Positions 17,689-27,979 of a DNA stretch of 50,705 nt are shown here, one piece after another. This DNA is from Gemmatimonadota bacterium (lineage in GTDB: Bacteria; Gemmatimonadota; Gemmatimonadetes; Gemmatimonadales; GWC2-71-9). The DNA lies in contig JBGQJV010000002.1 in the NCBI GenBank assembly GCA_041499215.1, forward strand, positions 1 through 50,705, in the 5' to 3' direction. The translations under genes were made by a program, and so were the position numbers. How positions within the stretch are numbered: position 1 is the stretch's first letter; every line of letters begins with the position of its first letter. Under the pieces are notes generated by a model. The model did not search any database. It was not told the DNA's origin and saw only the letters and a program-made list of their open reading frames with translations.

Positions 17689-17961
17689 CTACTTCGCCCG
17701 CTCCACAATCTCGATCACCCGCCAGCAAACCGTCTTGGCAACCGGCCGGGTCTCCATGATCCGCACGGTGTCGCCCACTTTGGCGCCGTGCTCGTCCCGG
17801 GCCTTGATCCCCTTGCTGCGGGTGATCCGCTTGCCGTACGCCGCGTGGGCGAACCGGCGGGTGAGGGTGACCGTGACCGTCTTGGTCATCTTGTCACCGG
17901 TCACGACGCCCGTGCGGATTTTGCGCTGGGCCCGGGGCTTCTGAATCGTCTCGGTCATCAC
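17689..17961 (-). CDS. rpsQ: 30S ribosomal protein S17
   Basis: ..RKIRTGVVTGDKMTKTVTV.. typical S17. Confidence 0.97.
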   Translation of the reverse strand: MMTETIQKPRAQRKIRTGVVTGDKMTKTVTVTLTRRFAHAAYGKRITRSKGIKARDEHGAKVGDTVRIMETRPVAKTVCWRVIEIVERAK

Positions 17962-17978
17962 TCGTCTCGTGTCTGGAA

Positions 17979-18010
17979 CGGTCCGCCGGTCCGACGGTCC
18001 GCCGGTCCGC
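17979..18010. repeat. Single-arm array of CGGTCCGC-type octamers
   Basis: CGGTCCGCCGGTCCGACGGTCCGCCGGTCCGC sits between the rpmC stop and the rpsQ start. The same unit occurs at 36910-37057 and 46804-46868. Confidence 0.8.
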
Positions 18011-18205
18011 CTACTTCCCCAGCTCCTTCGCCCGGAGCAATGTCTTGACCCGGGCGATGTCCCGCCGCAGGTGGCGGAACCGCATCGGGTTCTCGATCGA
18101 CTCCGTGGCCGACCGGAACCGGAGCCGGAATCGCTCCTCGGTCAGTTCGGCCAGCTTCGCCTTGAGATCGTCCACCGACAGCTCGTGCAGGTTGGTCTCG
18201 GCCAT
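18011..18205 (-). CDS. rpmC: 50S ribosomal protein L29
   Basis: 64 aa, ..LSVDDLKAKLAELTEERFRLRF.. typical L29. Confidence 0.95.
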   Translation of the reverse strand: MAETNLHELSVDDLKAKLAELTEERFRLRFRSATESIENPMRFRHLRRDIARVKTLLRAKELGK

Positions 18206-18208
18206 CGC

Positions 18209-18622
18209 CTAGTCCTCCGTCCGCTTCACGAACCGGGTACGCACCGGCAGCTTGGCCGCGGCCAGCCCCAGCGACAGCTTCGCCAGGTCCACCGCCACGC
18301 CCTCCACCTCGAACAGCATCCGGCCCGGCTTGACCACGGCCACCCAGCCTTCCGGGTTGCCCTTGCCCTTCCCCATCCGGGTCTCGGCCGGCTTCTTGGT
18401 GATCGGCTTGTCCGGGAAGATCCGGATCCACACCTTGCCGCCCCGCTTCATCTCGCGGGTCATCGCGACACGGGCGGCCTCGATCTGCCGATTGCTGACC
18501 CAGCCCGGTTCCAGGCTCATCAGGCCGTACTCGCCAAAGGCCACCGAGTTGCCCCGGGTGGCGATTCCCTTGGTCCGGCCCTTGAACGTCTTGCGGAACT
18601 TGACGCGCTTCGGTGCCAGCAT
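18209..18622 (-). CDS. rplP: 50S ribosomal protein L16
   Basis: [16 protein letters not shown].. typical L16. Confidence 0.97.
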   Translation of the reverse strand: MLAPKRVKFRKTFKGRTKGIATRGNSVAFGEYGLMSLEPGWVSNRQIEAARVAMTREMKRGGKVWIRIFPDKPITKKPAETRMGKGKGNPEGWVAVVKPGRMLFEVEGVAVDLAKLSLGLAAAKLPVRTRFVKRTED

Positions 18623-18625
18623 CGG

Positions 18626-19285
18626 TCAGTTCCCCGTGCTGTAGGTGCGGCCCGACAGGTCTTCGATCACTTCACCCTTGAAGATCCAGACCTTGATTCC
18701 GATCGTGCCGTAAGTCGTCTTGGCGGTGCCGTGCGCGTAGTCCACGTCGGCCCGCAGGGTATGCAGCGGCACCCGGCCCTCGCGATAGCCTTCGGTCCGG
18801 GCGATCTCGGCGCCGCCCAGGCGGCCGCCGGCCCTGACCTTGATGCCCTGGGCGCCCATCCGCATGGCGCTTTGTACCGCCCGTTTCATCGCCCGGCGGA
18901 ACGAGATCCGCTGCTCCAGCTGGTGCGCGATGTTGTCCGCCACCAGCTGCGCGCTCAGCTCGGGCCGCTTGATCTCTTCCACGTTGATCGCGGCCTCTTT
19001 GCCGGTGAGCTGCGCCAGCTCGTCCCGCAGCTTGTCCACCTCGGCGCCGCGCTTGCCGATCACCACGCCAGGCCGCCCGGTGTGCACCGTCACGGTGACC
19101 TTCCCCGGCCGCCGCTCGATATCGATCTGCGCGATCGCGGCATGCCCCAGCCGCGCCTTGAGGTACTTCCGGATCAGCTCGTCCTCCTTGAGGAGGGCCG
19201 GCATCTCCTTGGTGGCGTACCACCGGGACGTCCACTGCTTGACGATCCCGAGGCGGAAGCCGATCGGATGGGTCTTCTGCCCCAT
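18626..19285 (-). CDS. rpsC: 30S ribosomal protein S3
   Basis: [24 protein letters not shown].. typical S3. Confidence 0.97.
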   Translation of the reverse strand: MGQKTHPIGFRLGIVKQWTSRWYATKEMPALLKEDELIRKYLKARLGHAAIAQIDIERRPGKVTVTVHTGRPGVVIGKRGAEVDKLRDELAQLTGKEAAINVEEIKRPELSAQLVADNIAHQLEQRISFRRAMKRAVQSAMRMGAQGIKVRAGGRLGGAEIARTEGYREGRVPLHTLRADVDYAHGTAKTTYGTIGIKVWIFKGEVIEDLSGRTYSTGN

Positions 19286-19647
19286 TATTCGCTCTCCTTG
19301 GTGGCCACGTGGATCTCCACGTGGCTCGTGGGCTTCCGAATCGGAACCCCGCGGCCCTGGGCCGCCGCATGGAACCGCTTGAGCGGCCGGCCCATGTCGA
19401 TGACCGCCTTGGTCACCACCAGCTCGTCCACATCCAGCGCGGCGTTGGTCTTGAGTGCCGCCTGCTCGGCGTTGGCCACGGCGGAGCGCAGCGTCTTCTC
19501 GATCTGCTTCGCCGCCAGCTTCTTGCTGAACTTGAGGATGGCGTACGCCTCATTCACGTTCTTGCCGCGGATCAGGTCCACCACCAGCCGCATCTTCCTG
19601 GGCGACTGGCGCACCCACCGCTGGATCGCATGGGCTTCCATGGTCAC
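19285..19647 (-). CDS. rplV: 50S ribosomal protein L22
   Basis: ..[23 protein letters not shown].. typical L22. Confidence 0.97.
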   Translation of the reverse strand: MTMEAHAIQRWVRQSPRKMRLVVDLIRGKNVNEAYAILKFSKKLAAKQIEKTLRSAVANAEQAALKTNAALDVDELVVTKAVIDMGRPLKRFHAAAQGRGVPIRKPTSHVEIHVATKESE

Positions 19648-19934
19648 TCCGCCTTGGCCTTCTTATCCGCCACCAGCTTGCCGCTGTGGCCCCGGAACAG
19701 CCGGGTCGGGGCGAATTCGCCCAGCTTGTGGCCCACCATGTTCTCGGTCACGTACACCGGGACGAACTTGTTCCCGTTGTGCACCGCAAAGGTGTGGCCC
19801 ACGAACTCGGGGATGAGGGTGCTCGCCCGGCTCCAGGTCTTGACCACCCGCTTCTCGTTCTTGCTGTTGAGCGCCTGGACCTTGTCCAGCAGCGCCGCCT
19901 GCACGAACGGGCCCTTCTTGATGCTTCGCGACAT
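19644..19934 (-). CDS. rpsS: 30S ribosomal protein S19
   Basis: [11 protein letters not shown].. ATG 19934 chosen; the upstream 18 codons of the ORF-track call are not S19-like. Confidence 0.96.
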   Translation of the reverse strand: MSRSIKKGPFVQAALLDKVQALNSKNEKRVVKTWSRASTLIPEFVGHTFAVHNGNKFVPVYVTENMVGHKLGEFAPTRLFRGHSGKLVADKKAKAE

Positions 19935-19979
19935 GATCTGATCCTGTCGATTATCGCCTGACGCCGTCCGCGCACCGTC

Positions 19980-20001
19980 GGCGCGCACAGCTGTGCGCGC
20001 C
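19980..20001. repeat. Perfect 22-nt palindrome GGCGCGCACAG|CTGTGCGCGCC (family copy 2)
   Basis: Self-complementary. Abuts the rplB stop codon, 46 nt upstream of the rpsS ATG. Confidence 0.9.
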
Positions 20002-20840
20002 TACTGCGTCGCCTTGCCGCGCTTGCGGCCGCGCACGATGTACTGCTTCGAGCCCTTCTTCGGGTGCCGGGTCTTCTTGCCCTCCGGCTTGCCCCACGGG
20101 CTCACCGGCGGACGGCCGCCCGAGGTCTTGCCCTCGCCGCCACCCAGCGGGTGATCCACCGGATTCTTGGCCACGCCGCGCACCCGCGACCGCCTGCCCA
20201 GCCAGCGGGTCTTGCCCGCCTTGCCCACCGAGAGCAGCTCGTGCTCGGCATTCCCCACCTCGCCGATCGTGGCCAGGCACTTGGCGTGCACCCGGCGCAT
20301 CTCGGTCGAGCGGAGTCGCACCGTGACGTAATCGCCTTCCTTCGCCACCACCTGGACCCCCGCCCCGGCCGAGCGCGCCAGCTGGCCGCCCTTGCCGATC
20401 TTGAGCTCGACGCAGTGCACCGTCTCGCCCAGCGGCACCTCGCCCAGCGGGATCGCGTTGCCCACCCGCGGATCGACCCCCGGTCCGGACAGCACCGTGT
20501 CGCCCACGTTCAGACCCTTGGCGTGCAGGATGTAGCGCTTGTCCCCGTCGGCGTACACCACCAGCGCAATCCGGGCGCTGCGGTTCGGATCGTACTCGAC
20601 CGTCGCGATCTTGCCGGGCACGCCGAACTTGTTCCGCTTCCAGTCGATCTTGCGGTACATCTGCTTGTGGCCGCCGCCGATATACCGCATCGTGACGTGG
20701 CCCTGGTTGTTGCGCCCGCCGGTCTTGCGGAGCGGCTCGAGCAGGCTCTTCTCGGGCCTGTCGGTCGTGATCTCGGAGAAATCGGAGACCGACCGGAACC
20801 GGGTGCCGGGAGTCACCGGCCGAAATTCACGGATGCCCAT
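20001..20840 (-). CDS. rplB: 50S ribosomal protein L2
   Basis: ..[15 protein letters not shown].. and ..[25 protein letters not shown].. typical L2. Confidence 0.97.
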   Translation of the reverse strand: MGIREFRPVTPGTRFRSVSDFSEITTDRPEKSLLEPLRKTGGRNNQGHVTMRYIGGGHKQMYRKIDWKRNKFGVPGKIATVEYDPNRSARIALVVYADGDKRYILHAKGLNVGDTVLSGPGVDPRVGNAIPLGEVPLGETVHCVELKIGKGGQLARSAGAGVQVVAKEGDYVTVRLRSTEMRRVHAKCLATIGEVGNAEHELLSVGKAGKTRWLGRRSRVRGVAKNPVDHPLGGGEGKTSGGRPPVSPWGKPEGKKTRHPKKGSKQYIVRGRKRGKATQ

Positions 20841-20841
20841 A

Positions 20842-21129
20842 TCAGCCCTCGAATACGGGGAGCGTCTCCCCGTCCTTCAGAGTCACGATGGCCTTCTTCC
20901 ACCGCGGAGTCAGACCCTTGGTCTTCCCCCGCACCACCGCGTTACGCCGCATCTGCATGGTACGGACCTTGGTCGCGGTCACCCCGAAGAGCTGTTTGAG
21001 CGCGTCCCGGATCTCGAACTTGCTGGCTTCCGGGTGCACCTCGAAGGTGTACTCCTTGCGCAGCTGGTAGGCGGCCGAGCTCTTCTCGGTCACCACCGGG
21101 CGCACGATGGTCTCGTGCAGCGCAGGCAT
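20842..21129 (-). CDS. rplW: 50S ribosomal protein L23
   Basis: 95-aa [18 protein letters not shown].. ATG 21129 shares one base with the rplD stop. The rest of ORF 20842..21816 is out-of-frame overlap with rplD. Confidence 0.95.
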   Translation of the reverse strand: MPALHETIVRPVVTEKSSAAYQLRKEYTFEVHPEASKFEIRDALKQLFGVTATKVRTMQMRRNAVVRGKTKGLTPRWKKAIVTLKDGETLPVFEG

Positions 21130-22010
21130 TACTTGCCCCCCTTCTTCTTGGGCGCGGATTTCTTGGCCGCCTTTGCCTTGGGCGCCGCCTTCTGGGCCTT
21201 CGGCTTGGCCGCCTTCTCCGCCTTCGGCTTGGCGGCCTTGGCCCGGGTCGCGGTTCTCTCCGCCCTGGCCGGCTTCCCCGCCTTGGCGGCCTTCGCGGCC
21301 TTGGGCTTCTCCGCCGTGGGCTTGACGGGCCGCGCAGCGCGCGGCGCCGGCGCCTCCCTGGGCACGGGCGTGAAGGTCCGCACGAAGGGCACCGCCGGCT
21401 CGCCCGCCAGCGCCGGCTCCTCGACCATCACCACCTCCGCCCAGATCACGTCGTAGGCCGAGGCTTCGTTGAACGGCAGCACATCCACCCGCGGCAGATT
21501 GCGGGCGCTCAGGTACAGCGCCTCGCTGACACCATGGGTGAGCACCAGCACCTTCCGCCCGGCCACGCCCAGCTTCTCCAGCAAGGCAACCAGGTCCCGG
21601 GTCTTCGGGCTCTGCTGCTCGAACCGCTCCACCACGTACAGGTTGCCCTCGGCGGCGCGCGCGTTGAGCGCGCTCTTGCGGGCGAGCTGCTTCACCTTGC
21701 GGGGGATGTCCAGCCGGTAGTCGCGCGGCTGCGGGCCGAACACCTTGCCGCCGCCGGGCCACAGCGGGGACCGGATCGAGCCCTGCCGGGCGCGGCCGGT
21801 GCCCTTCTGCTTCCACGGCTTCTGGTTGCCGCCGGACACGAAGCTCCGGGTCTTGGTGGCATGGGTGCCCTGGCGCTGGTTGGCCAGGTAGACCTTGACC
21901 GCCTCGTGCATGACCGGCCCGTTTACGGTGCCATCGAAGAAACCCTCCGGCAGCGCGAAGGCGGCGCTCTTCCGGGCGCCGGCCTGCGAGAAGTGCGGGG
22001 CCTCAATCAT
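21129..22010 (-). CDS. rplD: 50S ribosomal protein L4 with a ~90-aa Ala/Lys/Pro-rich C-terminal extension
   Basis: Core ..[25 protein letters not shown].. followed by the tail ..[55 protein letters not shown]. Confidence 0.95.
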   Translation of the reverse strand: MIEAPHFSQAGARKSAAFALPEGFFDGTVNGPVMHEAVKVYLANQRQGTHATKTRSFVSGGNQKPWKQKGTGRARQGSIRSPLWPGGGKVFGPQPRDYRLDIPRKVKQLARKSALNARAAEGNLYVVERFEQQSPKTRDLVALLEKLGVAGRKVLVLTHGVSEALYLSARNLPRVDVLPFNEASAYDVIWAEVVMVEEPALAGEPAVPFVRTFTPVPREAPAPRAARPVKPTAEKPKAAKAAKAGKPARAERTATRAKAAKPKAEKAAKPKAQKAAPKAKAAKKSAPKKKGGK

Positions 22011-22626
22011 GGCGGCTCCTGCCGTGCTGCTTGTTGACGAGCAGGATGCCGTGTTTTGCGCCGGGGACCGCGCCCCGCACGAACAGCAGATTCCGCTCGG
22101 CGTCTACCTTCACCACCCGGAGCCCGAGCTCGGTGTGCCGCTCGGCGCCCATGTGGCCCGGCATCCGCTTTCCCTTGATGACGCGGGAGGGGTCGGTCCC
22201 GGGGGAAATCGAGCCCGGCTTGCGGTGCCGGGTGTTGCCGTGGCTCGCAGGACCGCCGCCGGCGCCATACCGGTGGACCATGCCCTGGAACCCGCGGCCC
22301 TTGGTGGTGCCGGTCACCTTCACCAGCTCGCCCGCCGCGAAGATCCCCACGGTCACCGTGTCGCCCGGCTTGTAGCTCGCCTCGCCGGCGCCGAATTCCT
22401 TGAGGATCTTCGGCGCCGCATCCACCGTGGCGGCCTTGGCATGACCCAGCTCCGCCCTGGTGCTTCGCTGCGCCAGCTTGGCGCCGAAGCCCAGCTGTAC
22501 CGCGCCCGACTTCACCTGCAGCACGCGGCAGGGGCCGGCCTCGATCACCGTCACCGGGACCGAGGTGCCGTCCTCCGCGAACACGCGGGTCATGCCGAGC
22601 TTCTTCCCGATCAGTCCGTTGGCCAT
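22003..22626 (-). CDS. rplC: 50S ribosomal protein L3
   Basis: [16 protein letters not shown].. typical L3. Confidence 0.97.
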   Translation of the reverse strand: MANGLIGKKLGMTRVFAEDGTSVPVTVIEAGPCRVLQVKSGAVQLGFGAKLAQRSTRAELGHAKAATVDAAPKILKEFGAGEASYKPGDTVTVGIFAAGELVKVTGTTKGRGFQGMVHRYGAGGGPASHGNTRHRKPGSISPGTDPSRVIKGKRMPGHMGAERHTELGLRVVKVDAERNLLFVRGAVPGAKHGILLVNKQHGRSRHD

Positions 22627-22628
22627 GG

Positions 22629-22937
22629 CTATTCGACCTTGATCTCCACGTCCACCCCGGCCGGCAGGTCGAGCTTGGTCAGCGCGTCCATCGTCTGCGG
22701 CCGGGAGTCGTTGATGTCGAGGAGCCGCTTATGGGTCCGGAGCTCGAACTGCTCCCGGCTCTTCTTGTCGATGTGCGGGCTGCGGAGCACGGTCCACCGC
22801 TCGATCTTCACCGGCAGCGGGATCGGCCCGGACACCTGCGCCCCGGTCTTCTCGGCAGTGCGCACGATGTCCGCCGCGGCCTGATCCAGCACGCCGTGGT
22901 CGAATGCCTTGAGTCGAATGCGGATTCGCTGTGCCAT
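22629..22937 (-). CDS. rpsJ: 30S ribosomal protein S10
   Basis: [21 protein letters not shown].. typical S10. Confidence 0.97.
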   Translation of the reverse strand: MAQRIRIRLKAFDHGVLDQAAADIVRTAEKTGAQVSGPIPLPVKIERWTVLRSPHIDKKSREQFELRTHKRLLDINDSRPQTMDALTKLDLPAGVDVEIKVE

Positions 22938-22955
22938 CTGGGTTCTCGCTGCTGG

Positions 22956-23037
22956 GAGACGGTCGGGACGGTCGGGGCGGTCGGGACGGACCGCGCATCC
23001 GGTCCATCTCGTCCGTCTCGTCCGTCTTGTCCGTCTC
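22956..23037. repeat. Nonamer-array hairpin (GGTCGGGAC)n / (CTCGTCCGT)n
   Basis: 22956-22992 pairs with 23001-23037. Of 37 positions, 28 are Watson-Crick, 5 are G.U (plus-strand sense) and 4 are mismatches. It fills the tuf-stop / rpsJ-start spacer. Confidence 0.75.
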
Positions 23038-23042
23038 GTCCC

Positions 23043-24242
<1,200 letters not shown>

Positions 24243-24262
24243 ACGATCCTCGGGGCTTAAGA

Positions 24263-24371
24263 GCTATGAGCTATGAGCTATGAGCTATGGTCTGTCCTGC
24301 ATCGCCGTCCGCCGGGCCTGGCTACGATGGCCGCTCCTGGTCGGAGCGGCTCATAGCTCACAGCTCATAGC
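24263..24371. repeat. Heptamer-array hairpin (GAGCTAT)4 / (ATAGCTC)3 with a nested inner hairpin
   Basis: 24263-24285 pairs with 24349-24371 at 22 of 23 positions. The inner 8-bp stem GCCGCTCC / GGAGCGGC is at 24330-24350. It fills the fusA-stop / tuf-start spacer. Confidence 0.85.
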
Positions 24372-24383
24372 CCGGCGGCCGGC

Positions 24384-26480
<2,097 letters not shown>

Positions 26481-26509
26481 CTAGATCTCTGAGATCCCTT
26501 GACTCGTTG

Positions 26510-26529
26510 GCGCGCACAGCCGTGCGCGC
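26510..26529. repeat. Palindrome GCGCGCACAGCCGTGCGCGC (family copy 3, one central mismatch)
   Basis: 30 nt upstream of the fusA ATG, outside the direct-repeat-bounded insertion. Confidence 0.85.
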
Positions 26530-26549
26530 TTACCCAACCTTTACCAGCG

Positions 26550-26596
26550 AAAAAGCGGGGCGACCGACCCGGGAAAGCCCGGTGGTATCGCTCCGC
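26550..26596 (-). terminator. Terminator-like structure at the fusA-proximal end of the element
   Basis: Minus-strand GCGGAGCGA (26588-26596) pairs with UCGCCCCGC (26555-26563) at 8 of 9 positions. The stem encloses the CCGGG-CUUU-CCCGG hairpin and is followed by UUUUU (26550-26554). Confidence 0.35.
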
Positions 26597-26814
26597 GCCC
26601 GTCCGGGTCGAGACCCGGGACGAGGACCATTGCAGGTCCCTGCGTTTCGTTTGGGCCATCCAGCCGGCCCTTCAGAAGGATCGGAGGTGGCTGGCGGGGC
26701 CCGCTCGATCAGGGCCGGCCGGTCACGCGATCCGGATGTCGTCTGGTTTGGTGCGGACGAGCAGGGCCGATTCGGCCACCGCGAAGCACGCGGGAAATCC
26801 CCCAGAGCCCTGCA

Positions 26815-26842
26815 AAGCTAACCCGCTATGGTTCAATGTCAA
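26815..26842 (-). promoter_or_regulatory. Sigma70-like promoter candidate inside the element (TTGACA-16 nt-TAGCTT)
   Basis: The -35 is at 26837-26842 and the -10 at 26815-20 on the minus strand. The extended -35 context GGCCCCGTTGACAT is identical to that of the tRNA-operon promoter candidate at 45506-45519. Confidence 0.35.
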
Positions 26843-26879
26843 CGGGGCCTGGACGGACGCGAAGACGGGAGAAGCTAAC

Positions 26880-26906
26880 GGGGTGAGTTCGTGTGGAACT
26901 CACCCC
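26880..26906 (-). terminator. Strong hairpin just downstream of rpsG (possible terminator or processing site)
   Basis: Perfect 11-bp stem GGGGTGAGTTC / GAACTCACCCC with a 5-nt loop. On the minus strand it is followed by GUUAGCUUCU. Confidence 0.35.
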
Positions 26907-26952
26907 TTGGCAGCAGGACTGTCCGCTGCACCACTGACCGCCTCCCCGCCCT

Positions 26953-27419
26953 TTACCAGCGGTAGTGCGCGAACGCCCGGTTGGCCTCGGCCATCCGATG
27001 CGTGTCTTCCTTCTTCTTGATGGTGTTCCCCTCACCCTTCGACGCGAGGATCAGCTCGGCTGCCAGGCGCTCCTGCATGGTCTTCTCAGACCGGGCACGG
27101 GAGAACTCGATGATCCAGCGCATGGCCAGGGCGGCGCGCCGTTCGGGGCGGACCTCCACCGGCACCTGCAGCGAGGCGCCGCCCACCCGGCGGCTCTTCA
27201 CCTCGAGCGCGGGCTTGGCGTTGTTGACCGCCTGCTTGAACACGGTGACCCCGGGCTGGCCGGTGCGCTCCTCGATCATGTCCATCGCGGAGTAGAAGAT
27301 CCGCTCCGCGGTGCTCTTCTTCCCCTCGAACATGAGCGAGTTGATGAATTTGGAGACGGTCTGGCTGTCGTACCGGGGATCAGGCGGCACCGGACGACGG
27401 ACGGACTTGGTGCGCCGAC

Positions 27420-27423
<4 letters not shown>
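26953..27423 (-). CDS. rpsG: 30S ribosomal protein S7
   Basis: [18 protein letters not shown].. ends ..[10 protein letters not shown], typical S7. Confidence 0.97.
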
Positions 27424-27815
<392 letters not shown>

Positions 27816-27869
27816 AACCCTGCTTTGAGGCCTGTGGCCCAATCCCGGCGGTTCCGGGAAAGACTGGTA

Positions 27870-27898
27870 AAAGTAGCCGGGGGAACGGGTTGGGTCAA
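27870..27898 (-). promoter_or_regulatory. Promoter candidate for rpsL-rpsG (TTGACC-17 nt-TACTTT)
   Basis: The -35 is at 27893-27898 and the -10 at 27870-27875 on the minus strand, about 55 nt upstream of the rpsL ATG. Confidence 0.4.
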
Positions 27899-27979
27899 GG
27901 ATACGACCGCACAGGGGAAGCCCGTCAGTCTTCTGGCTTCCCCTGCCGCAGTCACGACGCCTGCCCAATGCGAGACGAT

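Larger units (their letters stand above)
26538..26961 (-). other. Insertion-like 400-nt non-coding element bounded by a 12-nt direct repeat (CCTTTACCAGCG at 26538-26549 and 26950-26961)
   Basis: The exact 12-mer is duplicated, and the second copy contains the rpsG stop codon. Removing one copy plus the interior leaves a ~60-nt rpsG-fusA spacer. The interior begins GCGGGG and ends CCCCGC. It is dense in hairpins and has no credible ORF. Confidence 0.5.

Noticed and set aside
20842-21816. 324-aa ORF spanning rplW and much of rplD. Analogous fused ORF-track calls are 42626..43702 (rplA), 27420..27968 (rpsL), 13902..14627 (rpsE), 19644..19988 (rpsS), 37063..41577 (rpoB), 3868..5244 (purA) and 46337..47935 (cysS).
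   Set aside because: Only the downstream portion matches the conserved protein. The upstream residues are out-of-frame read-through of the neighbouring gene or spacer. Internal ATG/GTG starts that abut the preceding stop codon give canonical protein lengths.
26574-26597. T-box-like core AAAGCCCGGUGGUAUCGCUCCGCG on the plus strand (10 of 13 match to GGGUGGUACCGCG).
   Set aside because: It lies on the strand antisense to the operon, with no plus-strand gene downstream. No specifier loop or Stem I features were seen. Part of it is simply one side of the CCGGG/CCCGG hairpin.
26550-26949. Classification of the rpsG-fusA insertion as a conventional MITE or IS remnant.
   Set aside because: The terminal inverted repeats are only about 6 bp (GCGGGG/CCCCGC). 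A 12-bp duplication is atypical for most IS families. No transposase remnant and no second copy are visible in this window. I therefore leave it unclassified rather than call it a mobile element.
26481-26952. Possible tmRNA, RNase P RNA, SRP RNA or 6S RNA in the rpsG-fusA gap.
   Set aside because: Neither strand shows the tmRNA ends (a 5' GGGG..UUCGAC and a 3' T-arm plus ..CCACCA pairing with the 5' end). The RNase P blocks GAGGAAAGUCCGGGC and ACAGAACCCGGCUUA are absent, as is the SRP domain IV GGAA-loop motif. The size and layout do not fit 6S RNA. This was a by-eye comparison only, so a covariance-model search is still needed.
27912-27945. 11-bp hairpin CAGGGGAAGCC / GGCTTCCCCTG after the S8 protease gene, considered as a rho-independent terminator.
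   Set aside because: No U-tract follows it on the minus strand (..CCCCUGUGCGGUCG). It may still be a stabilising or rho-dependent element, but it is not called as a terminator.
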